Assembly: GCA_963668645.2 (NCBI GenBank) | Contig: CAXXWC010000019.1 | Location: forward strand, 320,001 to 384,000 | Direction of reading: 5' to 3' | Length of the DNA stretch: 64,000 nt | Source of the DNA: Desulfobacterales bacterium | GTDB lineage: Bacteria > Desulfobacterota > Desulfobacteria > Desulfobacterales > UBA2174 | Part shown: positions 23,974-34,088 of the stretch, piece by piece | How positions within the stretch are numbered: the first letter of the stretch is position 1 | Layout of the letters: each line of letters starts with the position of its first letter | Position numbers and translations under genes: made by a program | Notes under the pieces: generated by a model | Databases searched by the model: none | What the model was told of the DNA's origin: nothing | Seen by the model: the letters and a program-made list of their open reading frames with translations, nothing else

Positions 23974-24974
23974 TGCTCTTCAATAAGCTTGGTTGTTTCT
24001 ATCGTTATTACTGTTCTGTTATGTGAATCGCCTTCTTTTATTTTGCATAAATCAGTAGCCGTTTCTGGTATTTTGATTTGAATCCCTTCTTCTGTGCTAT
24101 ATCTCTTGGGCCCTTTTCGTTTTGCAACAGTTTTGTCGAATTTAAAAGACTCGCCTACTAAATCTCTTTTCGCAAGCGCCTTTTTATAATAGGTATAAAT
24201 TTTGTCCGATCCATGTGGGCCAAGCACTCTACGGAAGAAGTCCTCTTCATCAAAATTTTCGAGCTTTTCGATAGCATCTGGTATTAGAACAGTTTTAATT
24301 TTTGATGTTATTTCTTTTGGCAATTGTCTTTGATGATGTTTGACAGTTTCTACCATAACCTCAATAATGGTCGTAGTCCTTTCTTTTGCGGTGTATTTGC
24401 GTTTAATATCAAGAAAATCCTTAAAAAAATCTGAAATGTCGATATTAACCTTTCGATCAGAAATTAGTAGTTCTCCGCCCATATCGGATAATTCAATTAT
24501 TGCCGATTTATGCAATGATTTTTTTGACTTTGTAAAGCTATTAGAGATCTCTTCTAGAATAGCTTTTTTGCCGGCCTCATCGAGGCTGTAGCGTAAAACT
24601 TTTTCGTGATCATATTTTATAATTGAAAATAGGGTTATGTCCTTAGATTTCAGCAGCACAAGAATAAAGACCCCCGGCTTAATTCGATTGTCCTTTGATG
24701 AATGAAAGCGCTCTGCAAGCTTCTTAGAGTTTGGAACAAAATATGTTAAATCTTTTTCTATCTGCTTTAATAGCTTACGAGTCAACGAGCTATTGTTGAA
24801 CGAAAAACGGTTCCCTTTCGCAGTTTCAGCGACGCGATCAAGGAAAAATTCTTCATGTTCTCCAACTGGTGTTTCATTTAATAAAATAGGTTCTTCTTTG
24901 CCGTGCTGTACTACATGAAAAATGAATCGTTCTATTCGCCATTCATAATCCGTATATTGACTAAGTATAGACAT
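23970..24974 (-). CDS. Nucleoid-associated protein (NA37/YejK/NdpA-like)
   Basis: 334 aa; IERFIFHVV, SKKLAERF, PGVFILV, SIIKYDH, LHKSAII, ISDFFKDFL pattern. Confidence 0.65.
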   Translation of the reverse strand: MSILSQYTDYEWRIERFIFHVVQHGKEEPILLNETPVGEHEEFFLDRVAETAKGNRFSFNNSSLTRKLLKQIEKDLTYFVPNSKKLAERFHSSKDNRIKPGVFILVLLKSKDITLFSIIKYDHEKVLRYSLDEAGKKAILEEISNSFTKSKKSLHKSAIIELSDMGGELLISDRKVNIDISDFFKDFLDIKRKYTAKERTTTIIEVMVETVKHHQRQLPKEITSKIKTVLIPDAIEKLENFDEEDFFRRVLGPHGSDKIYTYYKKALAKRDLVGESFKFDKTVAKRKGPKRYSTEEGIQIKIPETATDLCKIKEGDSHNRTVITIETTKLIEEQ

Positions 24975-25073
24975 ACCATCTCCTCATATTGAACTCAATA
25001 GAGATTAAATGAAGAATTATCTAACTATATGTCACAATTCGTCGAGTATTTATGAAAATTATAGAAAATAATT

Positions 25074-25350
25074 CTATTCAACTCTGACAAGCTGCCGGGC
25101 GAACCAGATGACTTGGCCGAGGACGCGGATGTCTTTGATACTGGCTTCGTAGGGCGTGTATTCGGTGCGGCTGTCGTTGATCACCATTATCTTCCCTTCG
25201 GCCAACATCTCCAATAAATCAAGCCGTAGTGAATCCGCTTCCATCTTTGGTCGATTATCACACATCGCCGCCATAGAGTCTCGGCTCCATGCTGTCCCCT
25301 CGCACCGCCATCAAGACCAAGCTGTCAGTGCTGGTCCCTATTTTGTTTAA
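25074..25350 (-). pseudogene. Phage CI/LexA-like S24 peptidase remnant
   Basis: LVLMAVRGDSMEP in one frame and IRVLGQVIWFARQL in another; no HTH. Confidence 0.7.
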
Positions 25351-26103
25351 CAAAACCAAATATGTCCCAGCCGCGATAATAACCGTGGCCGCCCCTAAAT
25401 TCGAAGGCCGCCCGGCGGCACGATCAAATGTATGGCCGCCGCATCTGCTTACAGGAAGCGGCTGAACAAATTTTTCATTAGAACCATTAAACCAAGGTTT
25501 TGGATAATGCAATGCCTAAAAATCGACAGAAATTAGGCCAAAGTCAACAACGGCTGGACTTCACCCGGAAGCCCCAGGTTCACCGATATGTGAAGGCCAT
25601 GATTACGCTTTAAAAGGCTCTCGTCGCACCGCATCCGAGCCAACCGGTGGAGAACGCGTTCGCAAGCCTGCATTGTAGATCGCAGCCGCAGTCAAGCAGG
25701 CCATCCGCGATTGGGGCGGATCTCGTGAGGATCTGGTCGAACGGCTCAATGTCTATTCCGGCCGGACACCTGAAGGAGCCCGGACCGATCCTTCCACCTA
25801 CCGGCAGCCTTTATCCATCCACATGCCCAACAACCATTTTAGCAAGCCCACCGATCACCCTCTGCCTGCCTACGACCTTTACGCCATACACCAACCCCAC
25901 CAAGTCCTTTGACCCGGCTCAAGCCATCGTGGCGGCCGAGGGAGCCTGGGTCCCCTGGCACCGAACTGCGGCAGATTCCCCAGGGCAAGATCGAAGAGAC
26001 GCTTCACCAGATGCGGTAATTAAAAATGAACTGTAGGGCCGGAGGTAAACGATGGAGAACCACGCCCCTCCCAGTCCGTGCCCCAATCCGGTCATTTTGC
26101 CAC

Positions 26104-26137
26104 CCGGGACAGATTTCCCGCAAAAGAGGACATCTGT
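26104..26137. promoter_or_regulatory. Putative enhancer (UAS) copy 1
   Basis: CCGGGACAGATTTCCCGC-N5-AGGACATCTGT; 26/34 identical to 29462-29495. Confidence 0.7.
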
Positions 26138-26261
26138 CGATGCCGGCGAGACGCTTGTCCCGTATCGCGGCGCACGGCCCTAAAGCGGCTCAATGCCCTG
26201 CCGGCACCTGCGGGCGCTGAATAGCGGTGCGCTTCTCCTTGACCTCCCTCTGTAAGCGGCC

Positions 26262-26277
26262 TGGCATATCTCTTGCT
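26262..26277 (+). promoter_or_regulatory. sigma54 -24/-12 promoter
   Basis: TGGCAT-ATCTC-TTGCT. Confidence 0.8.
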
Positions 26278-26413
26278 GGAAACCGGTTGTACTGCCGACA
26301 TCTGACGCTTGCCCAACCCAGCCTCGCTGCACCGGGAGTGGCCGGTGGGCTGCCGTGGCCGTTTTCGGGCTTTGCATCATCTCGGCGCATATCCACAAGT
26401 CCGGGAGGAAACC

Positions 26414-27484
26414 ATGAGCATCCCCGCAACGATGCATGCCGCCGTAACCACAGAGTACGGAAAAATTGAATGGCTGGAAGTCCCCGTGCCCAAAATCGCC
26501 GACGACGAAGTCTTGGTAAAGGTCGCCTATGCCAATATCTGCGGAAGCGATATGCACATTTTCAACGGAGAGTGGCCCCAGCGCGCCGCACCGCCCACCA
26601 TCCAGGGGCATGAATTCTCAGGATCGGTGGTCCAGATCGGCAAAAACGTCTCGTCGGTGGCCCTGGGAGACCGGGTGGTGGTGGACCCCATCCAGCCCTG
26701 CGGCCAATGCCCGGCCTGCGGGATCGGCCATTCATCGGCCTGCTCAGCATTGAAGCTCATCGGCATCGAGTACAACGGCGGTTTCGGGCAGTACGTGGCC
26801 GTCAAGGAATTCATGATTTTCCCGATCGGACCGGAGATATCAGACCTGCATGCGGCCATGGTCGAAGTGCTCTCCATCGGCTTTCATGCCTGCAACCGCG
26901 CCCAGGTCAAGGCGGGCGATGTCCTGGCCATATTCAGCGCCGGGCGCGTCGGCCACAGCATCCTGCAAGCGGCCCAGACGATCACCGGGGAGAAGATCTT
27001 CGTGGTCGACATCCTCCAGCAGCGCCTGGACGTGGCCGCTGCGGCCTTTCCCAACGTGGTTGCCATCAACGCGACAAAACAGGATCCGGTGGCCTTCATC
27101 AAGGAGCATACCGGCGGCAAAGGGGTGGATATCGCCTTCGAGGCGGTGGGCCACGACGCGCCGGTGCCAGGCCAGGTCAACCCGGTCCGCTCGGCGATCC
27201 AGGCCATGCGCGGCGGCGGCACCACCTGTGCGCTCGGTCTTTACGAAAACCCGGTGGAAATCCACATGAAGGAGATCATCTGGAAAGAGGGCCGCCTGAT
27301 CGCCTCGCGGGTCAGCCATGGCGAGTTTGTCGATGCCATCCGTGAGATGGCCGCCGGCAACCTCAAGCCGCAAGCGCTGATTTCCGCCGTGATGCCGGCC
27401 AGCCAGACCCAGGAGGCGTTCATGCGCCTGCAAAACGAACCGGAAAAGTACATCAAGATCACTCTGGATCTCAATCCTGAATGA
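26414..27484 (+). CDS. Zinc-dependent (MDR) polyol/sugar-acid dehydrogenase
   Basis: ICGSDMH, GHEFSG, CGQCPACGIGHSSAC; GGAGG RBS. Confidence 0.9.
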   Translation: MSIPATMHAAVTTEYGKIEWLEVPVPKIADDEVLVKVAYANICGSDMHIFNGEWPQRAAPPTIQGHEFSGSVVQIGKNVSSVALGDRVVVDPIQPCGQCPACGIGHSSACSALKLIGIEYNGGFGQYVAVKEFMIFPIGPEISDLHAAMVEVLSIGFHACNRAQVKAGDVLAIFSAGRVGHSILQAAQTITGEKIFVVDILQQRLDVAAAAFPNVVAINATKQDPVAFIKEHTGGKGVDIAFEAVGHDAPVPGQVNPVRSAIQAMRGGGTTCALGLYENPVEIHMKEIIWKEGRLIASRVSHGEFVDAIREMAAGNLKPQALISAVMPASQTQEAFMRLQNEPEKYIKITLDLNPE

Positions 27485-27521
27485 CCTTTCTCTGAACCAC
27501 ATGCAAGCAGCGGAGAACCTT

Positions 27522-28352
27522 ATGGACGCCACAACAAAGGGTTCCTTGAAAGCCAAGGCCCTCGAAATACGCAAGATGACCATCGACACCATCGGCTACC
27601 TGGGGGTCGGTCATGTCGGCGGTGCCATGTCGATCATCGAAGTGCTCACCCTCTTGTACTACCGCCACATGCATATCGATCCGGCCGATCCGGCCAAGGC
27701 CGACCGCGACCGGCTGGTCTTGTCCAAGGGGCACGCCGGCCCGGCCCTTTACAGCGTGCTGGCGGACAAGGGATTTTTCCCCAGGGAATGGCTGCACACC
27801 CTCAATCAGGGCGGTACCCGGCTGCCGAGCCACTGCGACATGAACCGCACCCCGGGGATCGACATGACCACCGGGTCCCTGGGCCAGGGGCTCTCGGCGG
27901 CCGTCGGCCTGGCCCTGGCCAACCGTCTCGACGATAGGCAGCGCCACGTCTACTGCATCATCGGCGACGGGGAAAGCAACGAAGGCCAGATCTGGGAAGC
28001 GGCCATGGCCGCAGCCCACTACCGGCTCGGGCATCTGATCGGATTTACCGACTACAACAAGATGCAGATCGACGGCATCACCCGCCAGATCATGAGCATC
28101 GACGATATCAACGCCAAATGGGTGGCCTTCAACTGGCACGTGCAGCGGGTCGACGGGCACGATCTGGCAGCCCTGGACGCGGCCATCGATGCGGCCAAGG
28201 CCGAAACGGGCCGGCCTTCGATGATCATCATGGATACCATCAAGGGGAAGGGCGCGGCCTTTGCCGAGGGCAAGATCAGCAGCCACAACATGCCGCTGGA
28301 CTACCAGACGGCCCTGCAAGCCATCGCCGCCATGGACGAATCGGCGGCCTGA
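27522..28352 (+). CDS. Transketolase, N-terminal subunit (split type)
   Basis: GHVGG, RDRLVLSKGHA, TTGSLGQG, GDGESNEG, TIKGKG. Confidence 0.93.
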   Translation: MDATTKGSLKAKALEIRKMTIDTIGYLGVGHVGGAMSIIEVLTLLYYRHMHIDPADPAKADRDRLVLSKGHAGPALYSVLADKGFFPREWLHTLNQGGTRLPSHCDMNRTPGIDMTTGSLGQGLSAAVGLALANRLDDRQRHVYCIIGDGESNEGQIWEAAMAAAHYRLGHLIGFTDYNKMQIDGITRQIMSIDDINAKWVAFNWHVQRVDGHDLAALDAAIDAAKAETGRPSMIIMDTIKGKGAAFAEGKISSHNMPLDYQTALQAIAAMDESAA

Positions 28353-28448
28353 CGCATCCGCGCCGGGCAACCCGCCAAATCGCAAAAGAGCTCCGCGGCC
28401 TGCGGCCACCGGGGCTCTTGTTCAAAGACACCACCACCGGAGAAGCTC

Positions 28449-29408
28449 ATGACAGCCAAAGACATGCGCACCGTCTACGCCGAAACCCTCGTCGAACTGG
28501 CCGAATCAGATCGGCGCATCGTGATCCTGGAAGCCGACCTGATGAGCGCCAGCGGCACCAGGATGTTCGCAGACCGATTTCCCGAACGAACCTTTAACGT
28601 AGGCGTGGCCGAAGCCAACATGGTGGGGATCGCGGCAGGCCTTTCAGCGGCGGGCAAAATCCCTTTTGCCACCACTTTCGGCTGTTTCGCCGCGCGCCGG
28701 ACCTACGACCAATTCTTTTTGTCCGCCAACTACGCCCAGCGCAACGTCAAGCTGGTGGGAACCGATCCCGGCATCACCGCCACCTACAACGGCGGCACCC
28801 ATATGCCGCTGGAAGACATCGGCATCATGCGCAACATCCCCGGCCTGGTGGTCTTCGAGCCTTGCGACCCCGTATCGTTGAAAGCGCTGGTGGCCGCAGC
28901 AGCGGCCCATGACGGCAGCACCTACATGCGCCTGCACCGCAAAGGATCCATCACCGTCTACGATGCCTCGGAAACCTTCACCCTGGGCCGGGGCAAGGTT
29001 CTTTGCGACGGCCAAGACCTGACCATCATCGCCACCGGCCTGGTGATGGTCGAGGCGGCCCTGGCCGCGGCGCGGCTGCTCGAAAGCGCCGGCATCCACC
29101 CGGCGGTGATCGACATGCACACCATCAAGCCGCTGGATACCGAGCTGGTGCTGGACTATGCGGCCAAGACCGGCGCCGTGCTGACCTGCGAAAATCACCA
29201 GATCATCAATGGACTGGGCTCGGCCGTCTGCGAAGTGCTGGCTGAACAGCGCCCCACACCGGTCTGCCGCATCGGCGTAAAGGACATGTTCGGCGAGGTG
29301 GGCACCCTCGACTATCTCCAATCCCATTTCGGGCTCACGGCCGAGAATATCGCCACCCAGGCCAGGGCCCTGCTGGAGCGCAAATCGGCCCTCTCTTGCG
29401 GTGCCTGA
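28449..29408 (+). CDS. Transketolase, C-terminal subunit (split type)
   Basis: NVGVAEANMVG, NGGTHM, YMRL, DMHTIKPLD, ENHQIINGLGSAV. Confidence 0.93.
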   Translation: MTAKDMRTVYAETLVELAESDRRIVILEADLMSASGTRMFADRFPERTFNVGVAEANMVGIAAGLSAAGKIPFATTFGCFAARRTYDQFFLSANYAQRNVKLVGTDPGITATYNGGTHMPLEDIGIMRNIPGLVVFEPCDPVSLKALVAAAAAHDGSTYMRLHRKGSITVYDASETFTLGRGKVLCDGQDLTIIATGLVMVEAALAAARLLESAGIHPAVIDMHTIKPLDTELVLDYAAKTGAVLTCENHQIINGLGSAVCEVLAEQRPTPVCRIGVKDMFGEVGTLDYLQSHFGLTAENIATQARALLERKSALSCGA

Positions 29409-29461
29409 CCCATACCGCAAACCGCTTGAACCGCAGTCCCGGCCGGGCTTCAAACGCCCGG

Positions 29462-29495
29462 CCGGGACAGATGTCCCGCTTTGAAGGACACATGT
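29462..29495. promoter_or_regulatory. Putative enhancer (UAS) copy 2
   Basis: CCGGGACAGATGTCCCGC-N5-AGGACACATGT; overlaps the hairpin 29436-29468. Confidence 0.7.
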
Positions 29496-29615
29496 TTTCC
29501 CTTGCAAGACTTTTTGCGCCCATCTCGCCACCGGGCCCCTGGCCATGGAGGATCGAAAAGCCCCGGGCGATGGCGCCCCGGCCCCTGCGGCGGCCCTCCG
29601 CCCGAAGCCGGCGTG

Positions 29616-29631
29616 TGGCATGTCTTTTGCT
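29616..29631 (+). promoter_or_regulatory. sigma54 -24/-12 promoter
   Basis: TGGCAT-GTCTT-TTGCT. Confidence 0.8.
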
Positions 29632-29764
29632 CAAGAAGCTTCACACCTGTGACAGGGCACCGAAAAACCAAGGCCGCCATTGGCCGGGTATCTGCTGAAA
29701 CCTGCGCCCTAAGATGCCCCAGGCATTCGACGCCAAGCGGCCGACAACCGTCAAAGAGGAGCAG

Positions 29765-30279
29765 ATGCACATACTGTTTCGATCCTACAGCCGGTTTCTC
29801 GATGGGGTGGAGAAACTTTTCTATCTGTTGACCTGCGCCGTATTGCTGGCCCTGTTGGCCGTTACGGTGGGCGGGATCGTGTGCGACATGATCCTGGCCA
29901 TCTCGCTTCCCTGGGTCGAGGAAACCATGGTCCTTCTTTTCGGCTGGGTCATTCTTCTCGGCGCCGGGCTCATCATGCGCGAGCACGGCCATGTGGGCAT
30001 CAGTGCCCTGATCACCCTGGTGCCCCGGAAGATTCAATCGGCGGTCTATTTCTTCAACCTTTGCCTCATCCTGTGCGTGCCGTGGCCATGGTCTATTTCG
30101 GCGTCGATGTGACCCTTTACGCCGGGGCGCGCCAGACATCCTTATATCTGGATATCCCTTTTTCCTATTTTTACGGCGCGGTGCCTGTGGGCGGGTCCCT
30201 GCTCCTGCTTTTTTGCCTCGAAGGCTTTTACGATTACCAGCGCGGAAGAAAAGCCATGTTCGACGATCTGGAAGATTAA
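29765..30279 (+). pseudogene. dctQ: TRAP small permease DctQ, frameshifted near 30075-30085
   Basis: N-part (LPWVEE..FGW..LGAG..HVGI) and C-part (LDIPFSYFYGAVPVGG) lie in different frames. Confidence 0.8.
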
Positions 30280-30390
30280 GAATCGTTCGGCGGCACCTGG
30301 CGCCGGGAAAAATCGAAGCCGCGCCGGGCCCCATGGCGGCGCCGGCGGCGGTGACATGAACCTCGACAAGTTGAAATACAAGGTTACTCA

Positions 30391-31692
30391 ATGCTGGCAA
30401 AAATCTTTACCCTTTTGATTCCCCTGATGGCTATCGGCCTGCCGGTGGCCTTCTGTCTCACCGTGGTCACCATGGTGATATTTTTAAATCTCGGGTTGCA
30501 GGATCCAAGCAATTTCAGGCTGTTCATGCAGATTCCGCAGCTGCTCTACTCTCCGGCGGAAAACCTTTTGCTTCTGGCGATCCCGTTCTTCGTAATGACC
30601 GGCGAAGTCATGAACCGCTCCCGGATCACCGACAAGGTCATGAATCTGGCATCCGTGCTGGTGGGCTGGTTGCGCGGCGGGCTGGCGCACAGCAACATCG
30701 TCGCCAGCATGCTCTTTGCCGGAATCACCGGATCGGCGGTATCGGACACGGTGGCCATCGGCAGCGTGATGGTGCCGGCCATGGAAAAAAAGGGCTACGA
30801 AAGAAATTTCACCGCCGCCGTAACGGCCGCCAGCTCGGTGATCGGGCCGATCATACCGCCGAGCATCCCCATGCTGATCTATGCCTCGGTGATGAACGTT
30901 TCCGTCGCCGGTCTGTTTCTGGGCGGAATCCTGCCCGGGCTGCTGGTCGGCATCTGCCTGATGATCATCACCTGGGTTCTGTGCACAAAGAATGACTTCG
31001 GCGACCGCGAACCTTTTCCCGGTTTGAAAATGTTCATCAGGGCCGTTGTCCAGGGCGTGCCGGCCCTGTTGCTGCCCGTGATCATCATCGGCGGCATCCT
31101 CAGCGGCTTTTTCAGTCCCACCCAGGCCTCGGCCGTGGCCGTGGCCTACGGCTTGGCCATCGGCTTTTTATTCTATCGCACCCTGACCCTCAAGGATCTG
31201 TACCCGATCCTCAAAGCGACGGTCCGGGCCACCGGCATGATCGTCTTTATCCTGGGTGCGGCCCAGTGCTTCAGCTGGCTGGCGACCTATTACAACCTGG
31301 TGGAAGCCTCCACCAAGGCCTTTCTCTCCATTTCCGACAACAAGTACGTCATTTTGCTGATCATCAACGCCATCCTGCTGGTGGTGGGCATGTTCATGGA
31401 CATGTCCTTTGCCATCATCGTGCTCGGCCCGCTCATGGCTCCGGTGGCCTACAAGTTCGGAATGGATCCCATCCACTTCGGCTTGATGATGTGCGTCAAC
31501 CTGACCATCGGCCTGGCAACCCCGCCCTTCGGCCTGATCCTCTTTGCCATCTGCGGGGTGGTGGAAGTCAACATGGCCAAGCTCAGCCGGGCCCTGCTCC
31601 CTTTTCTGCTGGCCGAACTGATCGCTTTGCTGCTGATCACTTACGTACCGTTTTTTACAACATTTTTGCCGCGGTATTTCGGATTCATGTAG
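30391..31692 (+). CDS. dctM: TRAP large permease DctM
   Basis: LLAIPFF, GITGSAVSD, IIPPSIP, MDPIHFG, TPPFG. Confidence 0.95.
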   Translation: MLAKIFTLLIPLMAIGLPVAFCLTVVTMVIFLNLGLQDPSNFRLFMQIPQLLYSPAENLLLLAIPFFVMTGEVMNRSRITDKVMNLASVLVGWLRGGLAHSNIVASMLFAGITGSAVSDTVAIGSVMVPAMEKKGYERNFTAAVTAASSVIGPIIPPSIPMLIYASVMNVSVAGLFLGGILPGLLVGICLMIITWVLCTKNDFGDREPFPGLKMFIRAVVQGVPALLLPVIIIGGILSGFFSPTQASAVAVAYGLAIGFLFYRTLTLKDLYPILKATVRATGMIVFILGAAQCFSWLATYYNLVEASTKAFLSISDNKYVILLIINAILLVVGMFMDMSFAIIVLGPLMAPVAYKFGMDPIHFGLMMCVNLTIGLATPPFGLILFAICGVVEVNMAKLSRALLPFLLAELIALLLITYVPFFTTFLPRYFGFM

Positions 31693-31756
31693 CCGCGGCG
31701 ACAACGCGATTCACAGCAGCACCGTACCTCAACCCCATCGTTAAAGGAGAGTATCT

Positions 31757-32791
31757 ATGAAAAAGTTGGTTGTCGTTGTTCTGGTGATCGCCGCCCTGGC
31801 CTTTCCCTGTATGGCGGCGGACAAGATCGTGATGAAATGCGGGCATGAATCCGAAGGCGACATCCGGATGCCCGGCACCGGTTCCACCGCTGGTCTGGCC
31901 GTTTTCAAAAACCACATCGAATCGGCCACCGGAGGGGAAATCGAGGTCAAGCTTTATCCAGACAACTCTCTTGGCAACAATCGCTCCATGGTGGAACAGA
32001 CCCAGCAGGGGATCACCCAGTTGAACCGGTCGTACACCTCGGTGATGGTTTCCTTCTGCCCCGAACTGGCCCTCACCCAGATCCCCTTTCTGTTCAGAAA
32101 CAACCTGATCGCCTGGAAGGTTCTCGACGGTCCTTTCGGCAAGGAGCTGGCCGATGTCTTTTTGAAAAAGACCGGCCTGCGGATCCTGTCCTGGGGTGAA
32201 GGGAACGGATTTCGCAACATCTACGCCAAGTTCCAGGTGAAGACCCCCGCCGATTTGAAGGGCGTAAAGGTACGGGTCCCGGAAAATCCCGGCCTGCTGG
32301 CCCTTTTCAAGGCGCTGGGAGCACAGACGGTAACCATCACCTGGAAGGAGATCTATACCAGCCTTCAGGCCGGTATGGCGGTGGCCACCGACACCGAACT
32401 CAATTCGATGTACTACAAAAAGCTTTACGAAGTGGTGCCGTACGTGACCATGACGCGCCACGCCTATAACATGCACTTTCTGATGATCAACGATGATTTT
32501 TACCAGAAGCTCTCACCGGAACACAAACGGGTGATCTGGGAGGCTGCCGCCCTTTACGAAGACGTCACCAACGGCTACTGCCGCGCGGCCGAACTCAAGA
32601 CCGCAGAGGAAATGGTCAACGCCGGATGCACCTTCTACTACCCCACGCCGGCTGAAATAAAACAATATAAAGACTTGGCCGTGGAGCCTTATCTGGATAT
32701 TATCCGCAAGAAGGTCGACCAGCAATGGATCGACAAGGTTTTCAAGGCTGTTGGCGATGCGGAAAAAGAAATCGACGCCATGGTCCAGTAG
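31757..32791 (+). CDS. dctP: TRAP solute-binding protein DctP
   Basis: Signal peptide, IEVKLYPDNSLG, GNGFR, DLKGVKVRVP, EIYTSLQ. Confidence 0.92.
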   Translation: MKKLVVVVLVIAALAFPCMAADKIVMKCGHESEGDIRMPGTGSTAGLAVFKNHIESATGGEIEVKLYPDNSLGNNRSMVEQTQQGITQLNRSYTSVMVSFCPELALTQIPFLFRNNLIAWKVLDGPFGKELADVFLKKTGLRILSWGEGNGFRNIYAKFQVKTPADLKGVKVRVPENPGLLALFKALGAQTVTITWKEIYTSLQAGMAVATDTELNSMYYKKLYEVVPYVTMTRHAYNMHFLMINDDFYQKLSPEHKRVIWEAAALYEDVTNGYCRAAELKTAEEMVNAGCTFYYPTPAEIKQYKDLAVEPYLDIIRKKVDQQWIDKVFKAVGDAEKEIDAMVQ

Positions 32792-33004
32792 CCGACCAAC
32801 ACCAGTCGAGGCATAAGCCGAGCCCTGTCCGGTCGCCCCGGCAGGGCTCTGCGTTTTATGGCGGCCCAGCGCAGCCCGCGGCCGCCCCGCTGGCAAATTG
32901 GTGCAGCGATGTTCCGCAGCGGCAAGTGGCGATTGCCGGGCCAACCGAAAACCGGCAGGCAAAACAGCCGGCCGATGACGGGCAAGGAGAACGATGTGAG
33001 AACA

Positions 33005-34057
33005 ATGCGGGGTTTCTGGCCAGCACTGATCAGCGTCCTTTGCTGGACGATGGCCGCAGCCGCTCTGGCCTCACCGGCCTATACCATCAAGCTGGCCCAT
33101 CACAGCCTTGATACCTTCCCCAGCGATCCTCCCGTGGTCAACGCCTATGTCTTCAAAAACGCGGTTGAATTTCTCTCCGATGGGGACATAGAAGTCAAAA
33201 TCTACCCCAACCGCCTGCTTGGAAACGCCCGCGAAGTGGTCGAATCCACCCAGCTGGGCATCATCCAGGCCTGCCTGACCTTCACCTCGGTCTTTACCCT
33301 CTATTCCAAGGAAGTCGCGCTGCTGCAGATCCCCTTTATCTTTCCCAACGAAGAGGTGGCCATCCGTGTGCTCAGGGGCCCCTTCGGCCAGGACCTGGCG
33401 GAAAAGATCCGCAAAGAGACCGGCATCCGGGTCCTCAACTGGTCCGAGGGATGCGGATTTCGCCAGTTTTTCAGCACCCGGCCGATCCGCTCCACGGATG
33501 ACATGCGCGGCCTGAAAATCCGGGTCCCGGAAAACGAGGGTCTGTTCAGGATGTTCAAAACCCTGGGGGCCGATCCGGTGATCATCCCCTGGAGCGAACT
33601 GTATATCGCCCTGCAAAACGGTGAGGCCTCGATCTGTGAAACGGAGATTCAATCGGGGCTCATCATCCAGCTCAACGATATCATGAAATACCTGAGCATC
33701 AGCCGCCACGCGTACAACGTCGAACCGCTGTTGATCAACGATGCCTGGTTCCGGAAACTGCCCGGCCGCTACCAGCGCATCATCCTCAAGGCCGCCGATC
33801 AGGCCGACCGGGCCGCCACGGGCCACAGCCGCACCGGTGAACTCATCGCCCTGCAGGCATTCAAAAAAACGGGCATGAACGTCTCGTATATGACCCCCGA
33901 TCAGCGCGAAGCCTTTCGCCAACAGGCCCAGCCCACCTATCTGAGCTGGATAGAAAAGGAGGTCGGGCGCAAATGGCTGGACCGCTTCATTACGGCCGTC
34001 GACCTGGAAACCCGCAAATGGGACGCGGAAATCACCGCCCGCATCGCCGGGCATTAA
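33005..34057 (+). CDS. Second DctP-family solute-binding protein (start uncertain)
   Basis: IEVKIYPNRLLG, GFRQF, MRGLKIRVPEN, ELYIALQ. Confidence 0.88.
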   Translation: MRGFWPALISVLCWTMAAAALASPAYTIKLAHHSLDTFPSDPPVVNAYVFKNAVEFLSDGDIEVKIYPNRLLGNAREVVESTQLGIIQACLTFTSVFTLYSKEVALLQIPFIFPNEEVAIRVLRGPFGQDLAEKIRKETGIRVLNWSEGCGFRQFFSTRPIRSTDDMRGLKIRVPENEGLFRMFKTLGADPVIIPWSELYIALQNGEASICETEIQSGLIIQLNDIMKYLSISRHAYNVEPLLINDAWFRKLPGRYQRIILKAADQADRAATGHSRTGELIALQAFKKTGMNVSYMTPDQREAFRQQAQPTYLSWIEKEVGRKWLDRFITAVDLETRKWDAEITARIAGH

Positions 34058-34088
34058 AAACGCCAGACATCCGGCGGATCGTGGCATT

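Larger units (their letters stand above)
20411..25600. mobile_element. Decayed phage/island remnant downstream of tRNA-Glu (boundaries approximate)
   Basis: Small orphan ORFs, truncated ISL3, AT-rich cargo 22566-25070, S24 repressor fragment; no integrase or att repeat seen. Confidence 0.6.

Noticed and set aside
25647..26036. 129-aa ORF at the right edge of the island
   Set aside because: No RBS or motif and low-complexity Pro/Thr-rich translation; probably non-coding or decayed.
20380..26100. attR duplicate of the tRNA-Glu 3' end
   Set aside because: No second GGGATCACCA-like copy found by eye, so island boundaries remain approximate.
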